From the NCBI GenBank assembly GCA_000004985.1, contig GG739093.1: a stretch of DNA of 8,057 nucleotides, one strand, 5' to 3'. A program made the position numbers and the translations under genes. Source of the stretch: Naegleria gruberi. Its lineage: Eukaryota. Each line of letters begins with the position of its first letter. Within the stretch, counting starts at the first letter, position 1. The notes beneath the pieces are model-generated. The model had not been told where the DNA came from. It worked only from the letters and a program-made list of their open reading frames with translations, and did not search any database. This document shows positions 1 through 7,816 of this stretch, piece after piece.

Positions 1-45
1 TAATAATAATACTACTACTACCAGTAATAATAATAATAATACAAA
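1..45 (+). repeat. Coding AAT/ACT trinucleotide microsatellite (poly-Asn/Thr) at the 5' edge of CDS 1
   Basis: taataataatactactactaccagtaataataataataat is visible directly and lies in frame with the downstream CDS. Confidence 0.7.
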
Positions 46-1441
46 TGATACAAATGATACTAATCAAAGTGATATTAATGAATCCAATCAATCTAATCAA
101 TCTAATAATCAATCTAATAATCAATCAGATAATGAATCAAATGAACCAAGATTTTTACTATTAATTAAAAAACAAAATCAAGTAGAAGAAAGAAAAAAGA
201 AGGAAATTGAAGAATGGGAAAAGAAGAAAATGTCAGATTGTACATTTAAACCTAAAACTAATTCAAAGAAATTATTAGGATTTTCTCATTCAAATTCTAA
301 TAGATTTGATTCATTATATAATATGGCATTCATTCCAAAGAAATTACCAAATGAAAAAACAAGAGAAGAAAAGGAAATGGAAGAATGTACATTTAAACCT
401 AATAGATTAAATACTAAAAAATATCAATCTTCAAATTTATCCAAATCAGTTGATTTTGATTCTATAAGAGGAATTAAAGAAACAGTTGGTAGATTACGTA
501 AAGGAAATGAAGAAAGAGAACGTTTATTTACTTATTTTAATTCATTAAGAGATAAAGTACAAACATCAACAGAAGATTACAAAAATAAGAAAACTAGTTT
601 TAAACCATTTTCATTTCAATTAGATAAACGAAAAAGATCTAAACCTATTTTATATATGGATGTTAATTTAGGTGTTGGTAGAAGTGGTAGAATTGGTATA
701 CATGAAGGTGATAAACCAGAAGAATTGGCTTTTAATTTTGCACAAACTTACAAAATTGATCCAATTTTACAACAACGTTTACAAGATTTAATTAGACAAA
801 ATATGGAAGAAAATCAACATTTATTTAATAATAGAGAAAATAATGGTATTGATGGTATTGATGGTATTGCTGATGATAATAGTAATCATACTGGTGGTGA
901 TGGTGGTGGTGATATGATGATGAATAATCAACAATATTATGAACAAGTTGAAGAACATGAAGATGATGATGACAGATTTATTAATGGTGGCACTAATAAC
1001 AATGATAATCAAATGACAATGATGGATTTAGAAGATGAATCAAATCATGATTTAAAAATTGAAGATTTAAACTCGGCTACAAATCAAGAGTTAATTGCCT
1101 TATCAAAGAGTAATGTTGCAAATTTATCAATTTATGATGAATCATTAGAAAATGTACATACAAATCAACAACAACCTTCAACTAGTAATAATATTACTTC
1201 TACTTCTACTAAAAATTCCACTACCAATAAGGGTATCAATAAGAATAATTCCACTACGACTAGTGCTAATCCATCAAGTAAATCAGTGGTCACATCAACA
1301 ACCTCTAATCGTACTCAATTACCAACTTATAGAAGTAAAACACCAACAATGAAGAATAGTCCAACAACAACATTGAATGAAAAGAGATCTAAGACACCTA
1401 CTACAGACAGATATCAATCAAATAATAAATTTAAATTGTAA
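2..1441 (+). CDS. 5'-partial CDS (open to the window start in the frame of ATG 230) for a low-complexity protein. It has three motif copies: CTFKPKTNSKK, ECTFKPNRLNTKK and TSFKPFSFQLDKRKR. A conserved-looking block GRIGIHEGDKPEELAFNFAQTYKIDP follows, and then a Ser/Thr/Asn-rich C-terminal tail. It may be a TPX2/FAM161-type microtubule-associated motif protein, but the family is not securely recognised.
   Basis: The frame-2 translation from nt 2 has no stop until TAA at 1439-1441. The tracked ORF 230..1441 is the Met-initiated part only. Upstream in-frame codons read NNNTTTTSNNNNNTNDTNDTNQSDINESNQSNQ...EEWEKKKM, so the true start is probably outside the window. Codon usage is AT-rich throughout. 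The repeated motifs are about 48 and 70 residues apart. Confidence 0.6.
   Translation, partial: NNNTTTTSNNNNNTNDTNDTNQSDINESNQSNQSNNQSNNQSDNESNEPRFLLLIKKQNQVEERKKKEIEEWEKKKMSDCTFKPKTNSKKLLGFSHSNSNRFDSLYNMAFIPKKLPNEKTREEKEMEECTFKPNRLNTKKYQSSNLSKSVDFDSIRGIKETVGRLRKGNEERERLFTYFNSLRDKVQTSTEDYKNKKTSFKPFSFQLDKRKRSKPILYMDVNLGVGRSGRIGIHEGDKPEELAFNFAQTYKIDPILQQRLQDLIRQNMEENQHLFNNRENNGIDGIDGIADDNSNHTGGDGGGDMMMNNQQYYEQVEEHEDDDDRFINGGTNNNDNQMTMMDLEDESNHDLKIEDLNSATNQELIALSKSNVANLSIYDESLENVHTNQQQPSTSNNITSTSTKNSTTNKGINKNNSTTTSANPSSKSVVTSTTSNRTQLPTYRSKTPTMKNSPTTTLNEKRSKTPTTDRYQSNNKFKL
86..127 (+). repeat. Tandem 9/12-nt coding repeat (AATCAATCT / AATAATCAATCT) encoding NQS/NNQS units
   Basis: aatcaatctaatcaatctaataatcaatctaataatcaatca is seen in the sequence. 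Confidence 0.6.
845..870 (+). repeat. GGTATTGAT x about 2.9 tandem coding repeat (GIDGIDGI)
   Basis: ggtattgatggtattgatggtattgc sits inside CDS 1 and translates to NGIDGIDGIADD. Confidence 0.7.
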
Positions 1442-1452
1442 TGTATTTTATT

Positions 1453-1458
1453 AATAAA
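1453..1458 (+). promoter_or_regulatory. AATAAA poly(A) signal for CDS 1, 12 nt past the stop codon
   Basis: ttattAATAAAatt lies immediately downstream of TAA 1439-1441. The intergenic spacer to the next ATG (1534) is only 92 nt. Confidence 0.5.
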
Positions 1459-1533
1459 ATTAGACAAGGCGACACTAAAATATCTTTAGTTTCTGATTTT
1501 AGAATTCCTTTATATTGTAATTATCATTAAAAA

Positions 1534-1805
1534 ATGTTGTCACCTAATACCAATGAGACACCTTTAGGCCATGTCAAATATTTGAGAGAGGGAGCAGTGA
1601 TTGTTACCAAGAAAATTAGTCTATTTGTAGAGGTGATTGATCATGTAGATCGTCTTGGTCAACAAGATGTATCCATTGATGATCAAAACTATAATTATTA
1701 TACTATTATTGATAAATTTAAATGTAATAGAGTGGTATATAGAGTAAAACACAATGATCAAATACTTGTTTTAAAGTTGATTGAACATACGGATCGTATT
1801 CTTCC
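1534..1805 (+). CDS. 5' end of a + strand gene, truncated by the N run. The N-terminal 90 aa end in ...YTIIDKFKCNRVVYRVKHNDQILVLKLIEH, which resembles the nucleotide-binding lobe start of a protein-kinase-like fold (APH/choline-kinase-like or a divergent protein kinase).
   Basis: ATG 1534 sits in an aaaaaATG context. The frame stays open to 1805, where the Ns begin. The [hydrophobic]-Y-R-V-x(5)-[ILV]-L-V-L-K pattern resembles kinase subdomains I-II (a VYRV...LVLK analogue of GxGxxGxV...AxK). Confidence 0.45.
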
Positions 1806-4800
1806 NNNNNNNNNNNNNNNNNNNNNNNNNNNNNNNNNNNNNNNNNNNNNNNNNNNNNNNNNNNNNNNNNNNNNNNNNNNNNNNNNNNNNNNNNNNNNNN
1901 NNNNNNNNNNNNNNNNNNNNNNNNNNNNNNNNNNNNNNNNNNNNNNNNNNNNNNNNNNNNNNNNNNNNNNNNNNNNNNNNNNNNNNNNNNNNNNNNNNNN
2001 NNNNNNNNNNNNNNNNNNNNNNNNNNNNNNNNNNNNNNNNNNNNNNNNNNNNNNNNNNNNNNNNNNNNNNNNNNNNNNNNNNNNNNNNNNNNNNNNNNNN
2101 NNNNNNNNNNNNNNNNNNNNNNNNNNNNNNNNNNNNNNNNNNNNNNNNNNNNNNNNNNNNNNNNNNNNNNNNNNNNNNNNNNNNNNNNNNNNNNNNNNNN
2201 NNNNNNNNNNNNNNNNNNNNNNNNNNNNNNNNNNNNNNNNNNNNNNNNNNNNNNNNNNNNNNNNNNNNNNNNNNNNNNNNNNNNNNNNNNNNNNNNNNNN
2301 NNNNNNNNNNNNNNNNNNNNNNNNNNNNNNNNNNNNNNNNNNNNNNNNNNNNNNNNNNNNNNNNNNNNNNNNNNNNNNNNNNNNNNNNNNNNNNNNNNNN
2401 NNNNNNNNNNNNNNNNNNNNNNNNNNNNNNNNNNNNNNNNNNNNNNNNNNNNNNNNNNNNNNNNNNNNNNNNNNNNNNNNNNNNNNNNNNNNNNNNNNNN
2501 NNNNNNNNNNNNNNNNNNNNNNNNNNNNNNNNNNNNNNNNNNNNNNNNNNNNNNNNNNNNNNNNNNNNNNNNNNNNNNNNNNNNNNNNNNNNNNNNNNNN
2601 NNNNNNNNNNNNNNNNNNNNNNNNNNNNNNNNNNNNNNNNNNNNNNNNNNNNNNNNNNNNNNNNNNNNNNNNNNNNNNNNNNNNNNNNNNNNNNNNNNNN
2701 NNNNNNNNNNNNNNNNNNNNNNNNNNNNNNNNNNNNNNNNNNNNNNNNNNNNNNNNNNNNNNNNNNNNNNNNNNNNNNNNNNNNNNNNNNNNNNNNNNNN
2801 NNNNNNNNNNNNNNNNNNNNNNNNNNNNNNNNNNNNNNNNNNNNNNNNNNNNNNNNNNNNNNNNNNNNNNNNNNNNNNNNNNNNNNNNNNNNNNNNNNNN
2901 NNNNNNNNNNNNNNNNNNNNNNNNNNNNNNNNNNNNNNNNNNNNNNNNNNNNNNNNNNNNNNNNNNNNNNNNNNNNNNNNNNNNNNNNNNNNNNNNNNNN
3001 NNNNNNNNNNNNNNNNNNNNNNNNNNNNNNNNNNNNNNNNNNNNNNNNNNNNNNNNNNNNNNNNNNNNNNNNNNNNNNNNNNNNNNNNNNNNNNNNNNNN
3101 NNNNNNNNNNNNNNNNNNNNNNNNNNNNNNNNNNNNNNNNNNNNNNNNNNNNNNNNNNNNNNNNNNNNNNNNNNNNNNNNNNNNNNNNNNNNNNNNNNNN
3201 NNNNNNNNNNNNNNNNNNNNNNNNNNNNNNNNNNNNNNNNNNNNNNNNNNNNNNNNNNNNNNNNNNNNNNNNNNNNNNNNNNNNNNNNNNNNNNNNNNNN
3301 NNNNNNNNNNNNNNNNNNNNNNNNNNNNNNNNNNNNNNNNNNNNNNNNNNNNNNNNNNNNNNNNNNNNNNNNNNNNNNNNNNNNNNNNNNNNNNNNNNNN
3401 NNNNNNNNNNNNNNNNNNNNNNNNNNNNNNNNNNNNNNNNNNNNNNNNNNNNNNNNNNNNNNNNNNNNNNNNNNNNNNNNNNNNNNNNNNNNNNNNNNNN
3501 NNNNNNNNNNNNNNNNNNNNNNNNNNNNNNNNNNNNNNNNNNNNNNNNNNNNNNNNNNNNNNNNNNNNNNNNNNNNNNNNNNNNNNNNNNNNNNNNNNNN
3601 NNNNNNNNNNNNNNNNNNNNNNNNNNNNNNNNNNNNNNNNNNNNNNNNNNNNNNNNNNNNNNNNNNNNNNNNNNNNNNNNNNNNNNNNNNNNNNNNNNNN
3701 NNNNNNNNNNNNNNNNNNNNNNNNNNNNNNNNNNNNNNNNNNNNNNNNNNNNNNNNNNNNNNNNNNNNNNNNNNNNNNNNNNNNNNNNNNNNNNNNNNNN
3801 NNNNNNNNNNNNNNNNNNNNNNNNNNNNNNNNNNNNNNNNNNNNNNNNNNNNNNNNNNNNNNNNNNNNNNNNNNNNNNNNNNNNNNNNNNNNNNNNNNNN
3901 NNNNNNNNNNNNNNNNNNNNNNNNNNNNNNNNNNNNNNNNNNNNNNNNNNNNNNNNNNNNNNNNNNNNNNNNNNNNNNNNNNNNNNNNNNNNNNNNNNNN
4001 NNNNNNNNNNNNNNNNNNNNNNNNNNNNNNNNNNNNNNNNNNNNNNNNNNNNNNNNNNNNNNNNNNNNNNNNNNNNNNNNNNNNNNNNNNNNNNNNNNNN
4101 NNNNNNNNNNNNNNNNNNNNNNNNNNNNNNNNNNNNNNNNNNNNNNNNNNNNNNNNNNNNNNNNNNNNNNNNNNNNNNNNNNNNNNNNNNNNNNNNNNNN
4201 NNNNNNNNNNNNNNNNNNNNNNNNNNNNNNNNNNNNNNNNNNNNNNNNNNNNNNNNNNNNNNNNNNNNNNNNNNNNNNNNNNNNNNNNNNNNNNNNNNNN
4301 NNNNNNNNNNNNNNNNNNNNNNNNNNNNNNNNNNNNNNNNNNNNNNNNNNNNNNNNNNNNNNNNNNNNNNNNNNNNNNNNNNNNNNNNNNNNNNNNNNNN
4401 NNNNNNNNNNNNNNNNNNNNNNNNNNNNNNNNNNNNNNNNNNNNNNNNNNNNNNNNNNNNNNNNNNNNNNNNNNNNNNNNNNNNNNNNNNNNNNNNNNNN
4501 NNNNNNNNNNNNNNNNNNNNNNNNNNNNNNNNNNNNNNNNNNNNNNNNNNNNNNNNNNNNNNNNNNNNNNNNNNNNNNNNNNNNNNNNNNNNNNNNNNNN
4601 NNNNNNNNNNNNNNNNNNNNNNNNNNNNNNNNNNNNNNNNNNNNNNNNNNNNNNNNNNNNNNNNNNNNNNNNNNNNNNNNNNNNNNNNNNNNNNNNNNNN
4701 NNNNNNNNNNNNNNNNNNNNNNNNNNNNNNNNNNNNNNNNNNNNNNNNNNNNNNNNNNNNNNNNNNNNNNNNNNNNNNNNNNNNNNNNNNNNNNNNNNNN

Positions 4801-7010
4801 NNNNNNNNNNNNNNNNNNNNNNNNNNNNNNNNNNNNNNNNNNNNNNNNNNNNNNNNNNNNNNNNNNNNNNNNNNNNNNNNNNNNNNNNNNNNNNNNNNNN
4901 NNNNNNNNNNNNNNNNNNNNNNNNNNNNNNNNNNNNNNNNNNNNNNNNNNNNNNNNNNNNNNNNNNNNNNNNNNNNNNNNNNNNNNNNNNNNNNNNNNNN
5001 NNNNNNNNNNNNNNNNNNNNNNNNNNNNNNNNNNNNNNNNNNNNNNNNNNNNNNNNNNNNNNNNNNNNNNNNNNNNNNNNNNNNNNNNNNNNNNNNNNNN
5101 NNNNNNNNNNNNNNNNNNNNNNNNNNNNNNNNNNNNNNNNNNNNNNNNNNNNNNNNNNNNNNNNNNNNNNNNNNNNNNNNNNNNNNNNNNNNNNNNNNNN
5201 NNNNNNNNNNNNNNNNNNNNNNNNNNNNNNNNNNNNNNNNNNNNNNNNNNNNNNNNNNNNNNNNNNNNNNNNNNNNNNNNNNNNNNNNNNNNNNNNNNNN
5301 NNNNNNNNNNNNNNNNNNNNNNNNNNNNNNNNNNNNNNNNNNNNNNNNNNNNNNNNNNNNNNNNNNNNNNNNNNNNNNNNNNNNNNNNNNNNNNNNNNNN
5401 NNNNNNNNNNNNNNNNNNNNNNNNNNNNNNNNNNNNNNNNNNNNNNNNNNNNNNNNNNNNNNNNNNNNNNNNNNNNNNNNNNNNNNNNNNNNNNNNNNNN
5501 NNNNNNNNNNNNNNNNNNNNNNNNNNNNNNNNNNNNNNNNNNNNNNNNNNNNNNNNNNNNNNNNNNNNNNNNNNNNNNNNNNNNNNNNNNNNNNNNNNNN
5601 NNNNNNNNNNNNNNNNNNNNNNNNNNNNNNNNNNNNNNNNNNNNNNNNNNNNNNNNNNNNNNNNNNNNNNNNNNNNNNNNNNNNNNNNNNNNNNNNNNNN
5701 NNNNNNNNNNNNNNNNNNNNNNNNNNNNNNNNNNNNNNNNNNNNNNNNNNNNNNNNNNNNNNNNNNNNNNNNNNNNNNNNNNNNNNNNNNNNNNNNNNNN
5801 NNNNNNNNNNNNNNNNNNNNNNNNNNNNNNNNNNNNNNNNNNNNNNNNNNNNNNNNNNNNNNNNNNNNNNNNNNNNNNNNNNNNNNNNNNNNNNNNNNNN
5901 NNNNNNNNNNNNNNNNNNNNNNNNNNNNNNNNNNNNNNNNNNNNNNNNNNNNNNNNNNNNNNNNNNNNNNNNNNNNNNNNNNNNNNNNNNNNNNNNNNNN
6001 NNNNNNNNNNNNNNNNNNNNNNNNNNNNNNNNNNNNNNNNNNNNNNNNNNNNNNNNNNNNNNNNNNNNNNNNNNNNNNNNNNNNNNNNNNNNNNNNNNNN
6101 NNNNNNNNNNNNNNNNNNNNNNNNNNNNNNNNNNNNNNNNNNNNNNNNNNNNNNNNNNNNNNNNNNNNNNNNNNNNNNNNNNNNNNNNNNNNNNNNNNNN
6201 NNNNNNNNNNNNNNNNNNNNNNNNNNNNNNNNNNNNNNNNNNNNNNNNNNNNNNNNNNNNNNNNNNNNNNNNNNNNNNNNNNNNNNNNNNNNNNNNNNNN
6301 NNNNNNNNNNNNNNNNNNNNNNNNNNNNNNNNNNNNNNNNNNNNNNNNNNNNNNNNNNNNNNNNNNNNNNNNNNNNNNNNNNNNNNNNNNNNNNNNNNNN
6401 NNNNNNNNNNNNNNNNNNNNNNNNNNNNNNNNNNNNNNNNNNNNNNNNNNNNNNNNNNNNNNNNNNNNNNNNNNNNNNNNNNNNNNNNNNNNNNNNNNNN
6501 NNNNNNNNNNNNNNNNNNNNNNNNNNNNNNNNNNNNNNNNNNNNNNNNNNNNNNNNNNNNNNNNNNNNNNNNNNNNNNNNNNNNNNNNNNNNNNNNNNNN
6601 NNNNNNNNNNNNNNNNNNNNNNNNNNNNNNNNNNNNNNNNNNNNNNNNNNNNNNNNNNNNNNNNNNNNNNNNNNNNNNNNNNNNNNNNNNNNNNNNNNNN
6701 NNNNNNNNNNNNNNNNNNNNNNNNNNNNNNNNNNNNNNNNNNNNNNNNNNNNNNNNNNNNNNNNNNNNNNNNNNNNNNNNNNNNNNNNNNNNNNNNNNNN
6801 NNNNNNNNNNNNNNNNNNNNNNNNNNNNNNNNNNNNNNNNNNNNNNNNNNNNNNNNNNNNNNNNNNNNNNNNNNNNNNNNNNNNNNNNNNNNNNNNNNNN
6901 NNNNNNNNNNNNNNNNNNNNNNNNNNNNNNNNNNNNNNNNNNNNNNNNNNNNNNNNNNNNNNNNNNNNNNNNNNNNNNNNNNNNNNNNNNNNNNNNNNNN
7001 NNNNNNNNNN
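1806..7010. other. 5,205-nt run of N (assembly gap or masked segment); its content cannot be determined
   Basis: Uninterrupted n characters. ORFs 1534..7017, 1758..7037, 1771..7524 and 1781..7048 in the track are X-filled artefacts of this run. Confidence 0.99.
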
Positions 7011-7524
7011 ACTGTAACATATCAGGTAAATTAACAAATTTCAATTGAATTGTAGAATTATTTTCATGTGGTGAAGAAGATTGATCTATTTGATGAATAT
7101 CAATCATTTTTCTTGTAATATTTGAATGTATCCATTCTTTATAAACAATATTTAAAGATTGTGTTAAAAAAGGTTCAAATCTATAAAATTCTTGACGAAT
7201 TGACATTGCAATATCCATATCATAATTCATTACATTTGTAAAATCAACCATTACACTTCTAGCTGATGGTATAGATGATCCATCACTTTCACTTTTTGTA
7301 TGAATATCTGCAAATTGTATTTGTAATCTTTCACCTAATGGTTCTTTACCTGATTCATGAACAAACATATTTAAATTTGTTTGATTTAATGAATGTCTTA
7401 AAAATTCATGAAACCATTGTTTAATTTGTTGATTCACTTGTTGTTCTCCACCACCACTACCATCTCCAAATTCATCATGATTCATAGTACTTGTTTCATT
7501 ATCTCCTCCATTACCTTCATTCAT
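7011..7524 (-). CDS. mcm6: 5' portion (171 codons) of DNA replication licensing factor MCM6; the remainder lies in the N run
   Basis: The minus-strand ATG is at 7524-7522 and the frame is open to 7011. The N-terminal block QIKQWFHEFLRHS...SARSVMVDFTNVMNYDMDIAMSIRQEFYRFEPFLTQSLNIVYKEW...LKFVNLPD aligns with the MCM6 N-terminal domain as recalled from memory. Yeast Mcm6 has KVREAFEQFLEDF...[42 protein letters not shown]. Human MCM6 has KLFLDFLEEF...[40 protein letters not shown]...FQDLP. There is an in-frame upstream stop at 7624-7626 with no ATG between, so 7524 is the first Met. Confidence 0.75.
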
Positions 7525-7527
7525 GGT

Positions 7528-7563
7528 TATATTGTTATTATTGTTATTATTATTATTGTTATT
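7528..7563 (-). repeat. (AAT)n/(AAC) microsatellite immediately upstream of the mcm6 ATG (5' leader)
   Basis: + strand tatattgttattattgttattattattattgtt; on the coding strand this is 12 Asn codons in frame with the ATG, but behind the stop at 7624-7626. Confidence 0.6.
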
Positions 7564-7620
7564 ACTATTATATTGTTGTTTTGTTGTTGTTGTTACTACT
7601 ATTATATTACTTGTAGATGA

Positions 7621-7641
7621 TAGTTATAAATAATATAAATT
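7621..7641 (-). promoter_or_regulatory. TATA-like element about 100 nt upstream of the mcm6 ATG
   Basis: On the coding (-) strand this reads ATTTATATTATTTATAACTA. A dictyostelid-typical A/T homopolymer run (coding-strand A9, + strand 7698-7708) lies further upstream. This is a weak call in AT-rich DNA. Confidence 0.25.
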
Positions 7642-7722
7642 AATTGTTGGATGATGTGATGACAACACAAATTAAAAAATTGTTGTGTGAGATGATGTTT
7701 TTGACAATTTTTTTTTAATTGA

Positions 7723-7735
7723 ATTTTTCAAGTTT
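7723..7735. promoter_or_regulatory. E2F-type site TTTCGGCGCGAAA (contains GCGCGAAA, the reverse complement of TTTCGCGC) in the mcm6 promoter
   Basis: This is the only GC-rich island in the 7621-7816 spacer. It is imperfectly palindromic and lies about 200-210 nt upstream of the mcm6 ATG. Confidence 0.5.
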
Positions 7736-7738
7736 CGG

Positions 7739-7750
7739 CGCGAAAATATT
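7739..7750. promoter_or_regulatory. Second E2F-type site TTTGGCGCCAAG (TTTSGCGCSAAA-like, bidirectional)
   Basis: It lies 3 nt from the first site, and the two sites together span 7723-7750. It matches the TTTGGCGC core on + and TTGGCGCC on -. Confidence 0.5.
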
Positions 7751-7793
7751 TGGCGCCAAGAATCTAATAAAAACAAATTAATATCATTTAAAT

Positions 7794-7799
7794 TTTATT
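7794..7799 (-). promoter_or_regulatory. AATAAA poly(A) signal (TTTATT on +) for the uracil phosphoribosyltransferase gene, about 18 nt past its stop codon
   Basis: aattTTTATTaac on the + strand, downstream (minus sense) of the stop codon at 7819-7817. Confidence 0.45.
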
Positions 7800-7816
7800 A
7801 ACATAAATTAAAATAA

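Noticed and set aside
821-1012. 63-aa minus-strand ORF (MIIIVISATINK...) inside CDS 1
   Set aside because: It is antisense to a much longer, well-supported coding frame. Its I/N/T-rich composition is what the reverse complement of AT-rich codons produces, and there is no independent support.
1152-1352. 66-aa + strand ORF in an alternative frame of CDS 1
   Set aside because: It lies wholly inside the 403-aa ORF in a different frame. The low-complexity Leu/Ile run is typical of an off-frame AT-rich read, so it is not called.
1758-7048. Very long ORFs (1827, 1759, 1917 and 1755 aa) in the six-frame track
   Set aside because: They are open only because N translates to X across the 5,205-nt N run. 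Only their short real ends (1534-1805 on +, 7011-7524 on -) are interpretable. The two flank ORFs that start with MLIYLICYS (- strand) and MNIRIVFF (+ strand) are antisense read-throughs of the kinase-like gene's 3' flank.
7011-7524. Assignment to a different MCM paralogue (MCM2/3/4/5/7)
   Set aside because: The FYRF-PFL and KxF-EFL blocks and their spacing match MCM6 (yeast QYYRFLPFL, human [10 protein letters not shown]). I cannot align them to the N-termini of the other paralogues from memory.
7408-7620. 70-aa + strand ORF (MKPLFNLLIHLL...CCCCYYYY)
   Set aside because: It is antisense to the MCM6 N-terminal coding region and the (AAT)n leader. The poly-I/V/C/Y composition is the reverse-complement shadow of Asn/Thr codons.
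7723-7750. The GC island as a restriction-site-rich cloning scar or a tRNA/ncRNA fragment
   Set aside because: It is too short (28 nt) and lacks the cloverleaf or box A/B architecture of a tRNA. Its palindromic TTTSGCGCS halves fit an E2F dimer site far better, and it sits at a promoter-appropriate distance from a replication gene.
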